A program made the position numbers and the translations under genes. Shown in pieces: positions 23,811 through 35,327 of a stretch of DNA of 64,000 bases. The DNA comes from Camelus ferus (taxonomy: Eukaryota), in assembly GCF_009834535.1 (NCBI RefSeq), contig NC_045696.1, forward strand, positions 9,736,001 through 9,800,000. Reading direction: 5' to 3'. The notes beneath the pieces are model-generated. The model made no database searches and was not told the origin of the DNA. It saw only the letters and a list, made by a program, of their open reading frames with translations. Position 1 is the stretch's first letter; every line of letters starts with the position of its first letter.

Positions 23811-26167
23811 GCAAAAAAGTACGTTTTTTAAGGTGCAGTTTGTTTTTTGCATTCAATGTACATCATCATTTAAGGCAAAAGAGACTGCTGGACATAGAAC
23901 ATGTAGGAGGATAAAGAGAAGCATTCATAGCAAGGAAGAAAAGCAAAACACCAGAGGGTGACACAGACCTTGTTAGCACATCTTTACTGTTAAATTAGTA
24001 GACCGGGACCTGGGGTTTGGAGGAGACATCAGAACTACCGGACTGCGGGGCTCCTCTGCTCTAAGGGAAACTTCTTTATTTTCCCAGGAGGTGTGCGGGC
24101 CAATATTTACCTTGGAACCACAGGGTGGCTGTGCTCTTTGCAGAGTATGTACATGTTTTACATTATATGCATGAGTGTTGGATGATAGCGAAACCTAATA
24201 CATTTGGGACCTGATACCATCATCCTTCATGAAAGCAAAATATTTTCCCACTCTAGAAATCAAGTTGGAAAACCTCTCTCACAGTTGGTTTGGATTTTAA
24301 AGTCACAGTAATGGCTGCAAAGATGGACTGTTGGTCCAGATAAGACTGGAGCCAACCTAACACCTCATTGCAGGATTGGTCCCACTTCAAAGTCCTGTTA
24401 AGCATGTGGGTGGTGTTAACAGCATCCTTCTGGCAAGTAAAATGGACCAAGAGTATGGCCTAATGGTTAGAGAAAACCTAGATGGTACAACAAGGAATGC
24501 AGTGGCCGGACAAGCCACATGAGACTGTTGGGGGCCAGCATGACAGCTCTCTCAGAGTGTGAGATATTTGGGGTTTGGCAGATCCTGAGAAGTCAGCTGC
24601 CAAGCTCCACTGCCCCCTGTCCCCCTGGTGTATTTCAAAGGAAATTAAATCCACATGTTTCTGATTTGCTGACACTTACAGCTCATCCAAAGGTGGTTTT
24701 GCAAGAGTGGTTTGGACATGAGAAGCCTAGAGAAACTTTAATTATTATTGTTTTTTTCATTTTGAAATGCAGACCTGTGCGCTCACATAATAAATGCCAG
24801 GCCTACACAATCAGAGCCCAGTTTTGCCTTCTCAAAACTTTTCGTCCTGGGCCCACCAGAGACAGACAATTGAAGTCAACTAGAGAAGACAAACTCTGAC
24901 TTTAATAGCCAATCTAGAAATTCACCTCGAAAATGGTCGCTCTGAATGGCCCCTTTTGACTGAGCTGTACCTAGACCTGCCAAAGCTAGAATTCAAAAAT
25001 ATAATATGCCCAGCATGGACTGAGTCCATAGGTTCCATTATTGCCTGAGACTCTGGCCAAGAGGATGGAAACCTATATTCAAGATGGCATCCATCGTAGG
25101 TTCTGGGAACCTGGGTCCAAGGACATGGGGCAAGAGGCCTCAAGGACAAGAGGCCATCACAAAGGTGTTCTTTGGAATGTTCTGAAATGTCCTGCCGTGT
25201 CCCTGAATGAAACTTAGACAAGCAACAATCCAGTTTTGCTTCAGGGCAACTGAATCATGTTATACACTTGGAAAGAATGAGCGCTCTGGATGTGACATGT
25301 GACCCCTACAAGTCCAGTCACATGAAAGCTATTGGCCAGAGAGATCAGGGACCAACGGTCCCCGTCTTCTGAACCAGGGATTAACATTTTTGGTTTCTCC
25401 CATCCCTACCTCTAGCCACTGCAGAAAATGTTTTCTGAAGATGCACCTCAGCGGTGACCTCCTCCCCTGCTCTGGGTTCTCCTGACAGAGGCGACAACTT
25501 CGTTCTCTCCCGCTGCTCCCACCTGTCTTCCCAGCTCTGGGCCAACTACTGCTTGCTTGGCAGTTTACACGTGGGTCTCTGCCACCGGAATCCCCCAGCC
25601 CTGAGCTCGGGGTCTGGTACAGGTGAGAGTGCTTTAAATCTGTGATGGCTGAGGCGACAATGGCTGTGATGGAGAACAGGAGACAGCCCTCCCCATCCCT
25701 CTGCTCCTGGGTTTCTCTGGGCACCCGTGGTACACTTCTCACTCCCTCCACGTGTGCTCCCCTAGCCCCCAGTTTTTAACCCAGGTAACCCTTGCTTCTC
25801 AGGTCAGCTCAGACGGTCCTTTCCCGGGGAGCTGTTTTCTTTCCAGCCCCACTTGGAGTGCCTCCCCACCGGGCTGTGCCTCCCTCGCTCCTCTGCACAC
25901 TCAATACTCATAGTTAACTAATTAAGTGCAAGGTCGCCTGCATTGCCTCCCTTCCTACCAGACTGCTTGCCCCTGGACGCCAGGAAGCACGTCTGTCTCC
26001 CTCGCCCTCTCCCCAGCGTCTGGCCCTGAGAAATCGGCGCCGGTTCACTGACCGACTTCTCACTCTGGAGGGACAGCCAGCCTTTGCCACCAAGACGGCT
26101 CATTTCCATGAACTGAACAAACAAAGAGCTAGGAGAGGGTCTCCAGACACTGCGAAACCAGTACCAC

Positions 26168-26615
26168 TCATATTAGTTTGCTAGAGCTGCCATAACACCA
26201 AACGGATGGCTTACAACAGCAGACATGTATTAGCTGACAATTCTGGAGGCCAGAAGTCCGAGATCAAGGTGTCCACAGGGTTGGTTCCTTCTGAGGCAGT
26301 GAGGAAGGATCTGCCCCAGGCCCTTTCTTAGCTTTGGTGGTTTTCTGGCCGCCTTTGGCACCCCTTGCTTGTCGAAGATCACCCCAGTCTCTGCCTCAAT
26401 TGTCACACGGCCTTCTCCCTGTGTGCCCGTCCACCTCTGTGTCCAACTTCCCCTTTTTATAAGGACACCAGTCATGTTGGATGACAGTCCACCCGGATGA
26501 CCTCCTCTTAAGCTGATTATCTACAAAGACCCTCATTTCCAAAGAAGGTCGCTTTCACAGGCACACGGGTTAGGACTTCAACATCTTTGCGGGGAACACG
26601 ATGCAACTTATAAGG
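26168..26615 (-). mobile_element. MaLR LTR (MLT1C-like)
   Basis: tattagtttgctagagctgccataac...ttctggaggccagaagtccgagatcaaggtgtc...ggttaggacttcaacat. Confidence 0.85.
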
Positions 26616-26662
26616 CCACTTTCCTGAGAAAGAACATGGCAGCTTAAAACTGACATTAAAAT

Positions 26663-26793
26663 ATAGTAACTAATTTAGAGTCCAAACTGGGACATTTTTG
26701 AGAATGAAAGGGGGCACTATTAATAATTTTGCAGGGGCAACAGGCATAAGCCAGGACTGTCCCAGGCGTGCAGTCTGGCACATATGGCCACCG
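26663..26793. mobile_element. MER94-like hAT-Blackjack MITE
   Basis: gtccaaactgggacatttttgagaatgaaagggggcactattaataatt...ggactgtcccaggc...tatggccacc. Confidence 0.75.
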
Positions 26794-26914
26794 TCCACTG
26801 TGAGGCTCACTGCCCAGTCTTTCCCATGAAAGGACACGTGTACCTTCACCTTCAGATCCCTCTTTGTTTGTGTTCCCAGCGAGTCCGGTCTGTTTTATAC
26901 ACAGACGCAGCGAT

Positions 26915-27600
26915 ACTGAGGGATTAGCTGTATTCCGGCTGCAGTTAATTCACTGTTTTCAGTTCCCAAATGCAAGCCCCATCTCAGCAATTAATTTGGC
27001 CAGATGAAGTCAGGCCCTCTTACACCTGTTCCCCTGTTTAATTAGGCTCTAATCTTCCCGAGGGAACTGGAGGCACCGGGGAACATCACCTAAGCCGTAG
27101 ATTAGGAGGGCAGCGTCAGACACCCTGCCGTCACCATAATGCACAGGCGACACCCCTGAAACAGCTCCAGCCCTTCAGTCTAGAAATTCGCCCTGACAAC
27201 TGTGATCCCCCAGCATGGCTGGGGAAAGGATCCTTATTTTTGTTACAGATTCCCTTTCATCTCCTCCCAAGGGGAGGAAGTGTTCCCAGTGGTGCTTCTC
27301 TCTGAGGTAATTGTTGGACCGGAGTCACCAGTTAAGGCTGCCCATCTAATTAACAGAGTCTGTTATGATTTTCAGGATAATGAGGTGGGAAACAAAGACA
27401 TCAATTTTTTTTTTCCGTTCGTGATATTTTGGCCTCTTTTCTTCCTTTTGGAAGATGACCTGACATTAATGAGAAACGAGTACTTATTGTTGGGGTGCAA
27501 ACAGAGAGATAAATGACATCGGTAATTAAGTCTCAATCCCTCTTTGGTACACAAAGCCATTTGTCAGGCAATATTACTCAATTAATTAATTCCATTAGGG
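26915..27600. promoter_or_regulatory. Candidate developmental enhancer(s): dense homeodomain and E-box motif cluster in unique sequence
   Basis: GGATTA 26921, CAGATG 27001, TAATCT 27050, TAAGCC 27091, AGATTA 27099, CTAATTAA 27346, CATTAATG 27464, TAATTA 27523, TAATtccATTA 27587-27597. Confidence 0.5.
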
Positions 27601-28828
27601 CTACCACATTTTCCCCAATCCAGCCATTCCGCCATCAGCGAGGACAATGGTATGATACAAAAATAGAATGGTTAATAAATGCACAGTGACCCTCCAAAAG
27701 AAAGTATTTTAGCCACCCCAGGAAACGTAGCCAGAAGCATTTGATTTGAGAACATGTAAAGTGCTCCCAGCCAGCCATGTACGTCTTCCTATCAGGGACT
27801 AAACAACATTTGGGCATTTTTGAGCTCAAATGCCTAGAAGGAAAAAGGGGGACATGGGGCTGGTCCAGCTCATTTTATTATGCTATATCAGCAGTCACTG
27901 TCAAGGCCTCTGGTCAGCTGCCTGTCTGTGGCCAGAAAGGGAACAGGATGACATGAAGTGTGGCTGTTAAGGGCCAATTCAAAGGGCAATATGATGGGAA
28001 GGAAGGCTTCCAGAACGGCAGCTCCCAAACGGTGTGGTCAGTTTTCTGTCTGCTTTCTTTCCTCTCTTTTGTCAGAGGAGAACCCTGACCCTCTCCCTGC
28101 CCATCCGTCTCTCACTGCTCACAGCTCAAGTTAATTCTGCCTCCATTGACGCTCATGTTGATAAAAAACAAACCCACGTTCTCTTCTATTCCTTTCCTTT
28201 TTCCGCTTTCCTTTTCAATGCTTGCCAACTTGTCTCAGAATCCTTTACCTCCTTCTTAGTGAGAAATATGACTGCAGAAAAAGATAAAGTGACAGTCCAG
28301 AACCACATTTAAGAAAGATCTAAAAAAGGGGTTAGTATCATGACATTCTAAAGAGAAAGGCCAGCCCCTCCTTCATAAACTTGACAAACACCCATTTACC
28401 TCTTTATGTCTCCAAATCAACCTTTCCTTCCACCACTAATATTAGCATAAATAAAATACTATCCCTGTGTATCATTCATTGCTTTATTTTGTGTTGATTG
28501 GTTTCCGACCCTATGGGAACACTGCGATCTGCTCTATCTCGTTGCGATGCAGCAGTATTTCAGCTGGATTCAGGATGAAATATGCTTTTGTGTGCGGTTG
28601 TGGGAACCTACCTCTCATTCCCAGGAAAACAGCTCACTTCCAAGGTTCAGAACATAGTCTGTTTGTAAAGTGGGTAGCTACTACCTATACGGTTCTAGCC
28701 CCTTTCTCATCTCTTGGCTAATCAAGGTTTCTTTTGTCCTCTAAGCCCATCCTCTGGGAAGGAATGTGAAATCAACATGGAAGGCCACCAAAGCTCAAAA
28801 GCCAGGCTGGGAAGGAAAACGCCCAGGG

Positions 28829-28995
28829 CAGGGGTTTTCAAACTTGAGCCAGCATCAGAATCACCTGGAAGGCTTGTCTGAACAGACTGCTGGGGTGGGA
28901 TCCAAAAGTTGGCATTTCTAACCTCCCTCCTGCGGAAAATTTGCTTTCAGAAAAAGACGGTCTCACCCAGGGATCACCCTTTGAGAGCTACTGGA
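28829..28995. mobile_element. MER5A-like hAT MITE
   Basis: ggttttcaaacttgagccagcatcagaatcacctggaaggcttg...tttgagagctactg. Confidence 0.75.
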
Positions 28996-29599
28996 CTAGA
29001 TCATACAGGTACAGAAGAGGTACAGGGAGGTAACTAGGTTTTCAGAATCTTGAGCGTCTAGCCAACAACTTGGTTGATGCAAAAGCTGCGTTTCCCTTTG
29101 CATCAGCCAGGCATGGATCATGACAGAAGCAAAGAAGCCATCCCTGCCTGAGTCTCCCCCACCTTTACCTGTAGACAGAGACCACGCCTGGAGTGAGATC
29201 AACAATTTCCCTGGAATAGGCCAGCATCACTTGCTGTTTTATAATTAGATCTAGAAATAGTGCCGAAGTCTGCGGAGATTGTGGGATTTCTGAATGTTTG
29301 TGAAAATGCTCTGGTTTGTTTGCCTCTCTGCTTCTCCTCGGTGTCACACATCCAGAAGTTCAACAGGCTGGAAAGTCTTGGTGATCTTCTGCTGTTCTTC
29401 GTGGAAAACTCAGAAACTCATAAACCCATTAGGGCTGGATGGGGACCTGACCACTCTCACTCTTCATGCTATGATCCCAACGGTCATCGGGGCCAGTGCT
29501 TCCCAAACATCTTTTTGAACCCCCTTCACAGAGATGGACAACCCTGCCAGTCCCTTAACAACTCATCTTCATGTCTTCATCCTCGTAAATCGCTTTAGC

Positions 29600-30070
29600 G
29601 TCTCAGCCGGGATTCCTCACAGAAAGCAGAGCCTATGACAAGGGCTTTTGTAAAGGAAAGTTATTTTGGAGAGTGAGCCCAGCAGACAGGAGTCAAGGGC
29701 AGGAGGAGGAGAAGGTGACCACGTGATCCATCACGTCTCCAGTGAAGACCCTCTAGGAAGCTGTGTCCAATGCACATCAGAATTTTCAGCCTGAGGGAAG
29801 AGAGAGGGAAGCATTAACCCACAGACTCTTTTTCCCTTTTGGAGGGTTGTCCCATGAAGTGTTGACTCCCTCACAACTACCAGGTTGCACACACATGTAT
29901 ACCAGGATACTGTCCCAGGAAAGCCCAGGGCTCAAAGAGAGACACAATGTCCAGCTGTGTCTGGAAATACGGTGCCATCTGGTTACAGCTGCACAAAGCC
30001 GATTGCCCAGCCATGCCTGACATCAAAGGTGGGCCAGAAGGTGAGAGACACACACAGAAGATGTCCAAGA
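29600..30070 (-). mobile_element. Old ERVL LTR (LTR16-like)
   Basis: cagaaagcagagcctatgacaagggc...gttattttggagagtgagcccag resembles the LTR16 terminal region. Confidence 0.5.
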
Positions 30071-30799
30071 CGGTGTTTTATGAAAAAGAAACTGGGGGTA
30101 AAAAAAATTTATATTTTATCTACATGTATTATAAATCTCATATTAATATAATCTTTTATATCCTACACATTCAAACATTTAATAAAGGTGAGGGTTAACA
30201 TCGAATTTCAGGAGTAAGTGTCTGAAACCCGTAAACCTTACAGTGTGTCTACATGCCCTATTTCTAGAAACTTCTACCATTCCTGTACTCTGAGGTCACT
30301 AGCAAACACTGACCAGACATAAACTTCATGATAACGATTGTGAGGCCATCAGATACAGGGAGAAAGTCAATAAAAGAGTTATTCTGTAATAGCTATTTGG
30401 TGTTCGTGTTAAAATACAGGTTTGGGGCATCAAAAATCGCTTGCATGACCTCATGTCTGAAATTTTTATATTTGGTGCTTTAAAAAAATCAACTAGCTGC
30501 TATTTATAATCACTTTTGTACAATCATTTGTTCGTAATAAATGAAAACCAAATTTAGACATAATTGTCACTGTCTTTTTTTTTCTCCAACACTAAGTTTC
30601 TGAAGTCCAGGGGCCTCTTCAAAAGGACAGATTTTTGACGAGAAAAAGACCATCTTAAGATAAAGTGAGCATGAACATCAAGCAATTTACTGAATTATTA
30701 ACATGAATTTCAGCATCTGTGCTGCTGACGCTTCTAGTCTTTAACAAATGGGCCATTCAGGATACAGACCCAGGAACATATGGCGAAGGAGAAAGGCTA

Positions 30800-30945
30800 T
30801 TTGAAGCTGGACTTCGGCGACAAGCGCTGCGGCTCAGCTGTCAGGGAAATCGGCCGAGGCCAAGCCCGCGCATGCTCAGTGCAGCTGCCCGCCCCTCCGC
30901 GCATGTGTACCTGACGCCCACTCCGGGGCTCCAGCATCGTTCTGG
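30800..30945. promoter_or_regulatory. Small CpG-rich promoter-like element with two NRF1-type sites
   Basis: CGCGCATGCTCA 30867-30878, GC box CCCGCCCC 30888-30895, CGCGCATGTGTA 30898-30909, half-CRE TGACG 30913, all within AT-rich flanks. Confidence 0.6.
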
Positions 30946-31088
30946 GATGAAAAATAGAAGTCTTTAAATTCTAAAAACTTTGTCATTGAAATTTTTCAAA
31001 AATATACAAAAGTGCTAGAATAATGGGTCTGCAAATACCTCACCCAGCTCAATTATGGCCAATCGTCAATACGGTTCTTTCTTTTCTC

Positions 31089-31119
<31 letters not shown>

Positions 31120-32118
31120 TCCTCTTTAACAGGCATCGTTTTTTGCTTCTAAAGACAGGAAACCCGGGGGAATTTTCGTGACCCCCTGAGGGTTTGTGAC
31201 CTGCTGGCTTCTTTGGTTCACTGACCTTGTTCAATCCTCTCTTTATACAAGGGAATGCTCTGCTTCTCTCATTCTCTCTGGCTATCTCTCACGCTTGCAG
31301 CCAATTAAGTGGACTCTGTCTATGATTTCAGCAATGGTGACATATAATCCCAGTGTTAAAGGATGGAATTTTCCAATGCAAGGAGCAGCAGAAAACGAAC
31401 AGAGGAAACATTGCCATGAGCAAAGGCTTCTCAACACAGTATCTCTGACTGTGCTGCAAAGCAACCCAGCATTTGGATGAAAAGTGAAAGAAAAAAAAAA
31501 TCTGACAATGGAGTGATTGTTCTCCCTCCACAAGTGATCCGTACTATTTCTAACCCTTTCATGAGCTGTGCTGGCAACAGGCAGACATGACTTAGGTCTT
31601 CCTCAAGTGGTCGGCAACCCCAAAGGCAAAGGAAAGAGAGACCCATGTTTCCAGGAGACCAAGATCCCACACCAGGATTGCAGCCGCCAGAACCTTTCCT
31701 CACCAAACAAAGAGCAGGGCAGCTACTCACCTCCTCTCATCTGTTCAGGGGGAACCCAAACCCAGCCACATGGATCTGCTTCTTGATTTTTGTCCTACCG
31801 CTTGCCTACTACTAGAAAAACAACCGAGGTCTGCCAAGAATCTGCAATCTTCTAAATCTCTAAATAATGACTAGCCTATCCAGTGTTTCCATCCAAGGAA
31901 TTGTTGGTCCCTATACAAGAAAACCCTTTGGGGTGAGAGTCAGGAGTCCAAGAAAGGCATGTGGTTATTTTTTGCTACAATTTGGAAAGAAAGGGAAATC
32001 TATTTTTGACATCGGCTATTCAGCTTTCCAATCACATTAGCCCTTAAAGCATACCTAATTGAACTGTTGATTCCAAATTTTACTTAACTTTAAGGCTTTT
32101 TGGTTTTCTAGTGTGCTT

Positions 32119-32121
<3 letters not shown>

Positions 32122-32153
<32 letters not shown>
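32122..32153 (+). repeat. (AC)16 microsatellite
   Basis: Direct reading. Confidence 0.95.
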
Positions 32154-32156
<3 letters not shown>

Positions 32157-33267
32157 TTCACTTACATTCTCTTGCCTTGGCAAAAGTTTTGGAGTAAGTT
32201 AAGGAAATTAATGCTCCTGTTTCCATCTGACAACTTTCATCTTTAAACAAAATAATAATAAACAGGAGTGATCAAGTGGAGAGTTCATTGCTTCGTTCAG
32301 ATGACGATGTTAAGACTAATGGCATTAGGTACAATTAGTCATTAAAGAAGGAGCGATGTGCTCACGGCTTATGAGGGGAAAATGAGATGCAAAGGGCTAA
32401 GGGGAGAAGAAGGGACTCCTACAGTGGTTTTGGAATATTCCAGCAGGTGTGTGAGTCATTACATGTCAACCCTGAACTGAAGGCAGAGATCAAACATGAA
32501 GTTCACCAAGGGCTTGTGAAAACTAATAAGGGTTGTAATATTGCTGACAACTTAATCAAACCCGTTTGCATACAGACTCGAAAATGATTTCTCCACGTGG
32601 GGGCCCCTTGCTGGAAGGGAAAGCCAAGAACACGTGTTTCATTGTTTTAAAGAGAAAGCATATATGTATTTCTCATAGTCATGAAAGCATTTGCAATCCA
32701 GAGTTCCGCTCGTCTTTTAGCTGAAAAACAGAAAGCCACACCAAAACGATTCCTAACATGAAAGAATGGAGTTAGTTTTGCCTTCAACTCATATCAAAGG
32801 CAAAAAAAATTACTCTTCTACAGAGATGTTGGTTTGTATTGCTTCTCCAAAATAAAATAAAATCACAAAATGAAAGCTGCTTTCCCTGCCCTTCTCACCT
32901 CGGCTTTATCAGCCACCCACCTTCTCTGAACCCCTGGAGAATTTAGGGGACTCTCACTTACGCCCCCACCATACCTTCCTCTCGCCATTTGTGGACAAGC
33001 CCTCTCAGCGCTGACAACCAGCTGGATCTATCACTGCAGCCCCCACAGGGCTTAAAGCAGGACCTTAGTGTTGTTGAGTGGTTCAGTGCCTTTAGTAATG
33101 GTAAGATTTAAGTCATAGCTATCAAATTCACCTCTTTTATGAAAATAGGAGAGACGGAAGTGAAAGAAAATAAAAATCACAGCTGTAGGTTTGGTATCAA
33201 GCTTTATTAGACGTGGAAATAGTAATACACATATTAAGCTAAAAAGAAACCGAGTTAGAACCCCTAT

Positions 33268-33381
33268 CGGGTGACCAGCCTTGCCAGTGTGCCTGGGACT
33301 GCCGGGCTTAGGACTGAAATTTCCACACCCCAGGAGACCCTTCTGTCCTGAGCAAATTGAGACAGTTGCAGGGATCACTCT
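33268..33381. mobile_element. MER81-like hAT-Blackjack MITE
   Basis: gggtgaccagccttgccagtgtgcctgggactg...gtcctgagcaaattgagacagttg...gatcactct with degenerate TIRs. Confidence 0.6.
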
Positions 33382-33751
33382 GTAAGTTCTCAGTGACTCT
33401 CAGAGACCGAGATCCAAATGTTGACTTCGCTGTAATTCAGCAAGATCTGAGAGAGCTCATCAAAGGTGCACAATACACCCTATCTCCACCGCACCGTGAG
33501 TCTCCATTTCGGCCCCCTATTTATTTCCTTCGTTCCACTTTAAAAATGTGATTATTTTTCTGTTTATTACTTACTATCTGTTCTCCTTACTCAGTGTGAG
33601 CTCCATCTTGTCAAGGGAGTCATCTAGCCTGTCTCCCACTGTAGCCCTAGAACACTCCCTGGCAAACAGAGGACATTCAAGAAATATGTCTTAGGAGCAG
33701 AATTCTCCCCCCCCCCCCCCCGCCCCCAAATCATGGACTCTAATAGAATTG

Positions 33752-34428
33752 CTGTTCTTCGCTGATTCTGAGATACACAATTTTATGAAGTTTAACATCT
33801 CTGCAATCCAGAAGCATCTCAATCAGTGTTGTCTTTCAAAAGCCATCAGCCAAGTGGTGTCATGACGTGGTGGTCATTGGCTTTGCCACGCAAGCACTTA
33901 GTGGTAGATGCTCACACTGTCCTCCCTTCAGCTGAGGTATGTGTGTCTATTACTTTGACCTGTGAGCTTAACTGACATTTAGAATGGCCTCCAAAAAATT
34001 TCACTATGATTCAGCATTGAAATGACAAGCTATTTCATACTCGCAAAGGCACAGAAGCCAGGCAGCAGGATGTAAATGTGATATGAGTAAAGAGTATTTG
34101 TCACAAAGGAATGATCGCAAGTCCACATCTTCTTGCTAAGAAACAACCAAGTGCCTTAGACACCTCAGAAAGGAAGATAGCCACGAAGTCAGGCAAGCTG
34201 TGTTACTTTCCTTTACCAAAATATTTGTTTCACCGCCAGCTCTCACAGAGAGATGAAGATTAATTTCAAAGGAATCTGACATGATTGATTCATATGGTGC
34301 TCAGGACTGTTGTTAAAGGCACCTGTCACAGTCTGTTGGAAGTGTTTTTCCTTTTTTATCAGTGCATAAAATAATGGTAGATCTTACAATCAACAGCATC
34401 TTAGTCTTGACTTAATGGAATGAGGTAT
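33752..34428. mobile_element. TcMar-Tc2 (Kanga1/MER104-like) DNA transposon remnant
   Basis: Left end gattctgagatacaca...tttaacatctctg; right end cataaaataatggtagatcttacaatcaacagcatcttag. Confidence 0.65.
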
Positions 34429-35194
34429 CAGCCTCTCCCAGCCTTTTGTTCAGTTCTGTGGATCACCAAAGAGGTTGTTGGTACATGACAAGGTCAGTAA
34501 AGTCTCGCAACTCATCCAACCTGTGCAACTTTTCCAGAAACTTCTGGTGATTGAGTTCTCTGGCTGCTACAGCCTGAGCATGAGAAGGGCTCTCCAGTTC
34601 CAATGCCAACTTTAGTTTTCAGGTCTCCATAAATTTCCCATTGGTGCCCCTCATGCAAACTAATGTATTGCGCTGGCTCAATTCTGCCCCACAGTGCAGG
34701 TTCTTGCTAAGCCTGAATGATGTCATTTACAGAATCTAATTATAGTCTCAGCACTTCACCTACCAAATCCTGTCCTACAGGATATGAGAAATCTCAAACA
34801 CTAATTCCAATGTGTACTTTCTGGGGGACAGTTATCTACCATCTTTGATGACAACAGCTGCATAATTCTGGAGAAAGGATTTGTATATTTAATTGTGTCT
34901 CCTCTACATGATGGAAGCAGGAGATGCTCAGAGACAATGCAGGTACCACAACACAAGACAAGAGACTCATTAGAGAGAGTCCAGTTCATAATTATCAACA
35001 GTGAGCATATGTTGGGTTAAACAAAATGTGTCCATTTTTCTTAAAGTCTTTAGAGTCTCTCAATGCATTGTTATATGTTTAAGTCATTTCATAATGTGTT
35101 CATTCATTTATTCTTTTACTTGCCAAATAATTGAGGGCCTAAGGGCATAGAAGGATATACAAAAAAGACATTTTCTACACAGCGTGTAGCATAG

Positions 35195-35325
35195 GATAGG
35201 TTTTTAACCTGGGGTCCACAGACCTTCTCCCAAAGTGGTTCATGAACTTGGGTGGGAAAAACTTACAGCATTGTCTTCACCAACCTCACTGATGGAAAGC
35301 ATTGATTTGTCTCCGTCATTATCAT
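35195..35325. mobile_element. hAT-Charlie MITE, left part (right part ~39965-40060)
   Basis: ggtttttaacctggggtccacagacc...; apparent continuation ttttaagataggatccataggctacatcag...gaggtgcatgacacagaagg after the L1. Confidence 0.5.
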
Positions 35326-35327
35326 TT

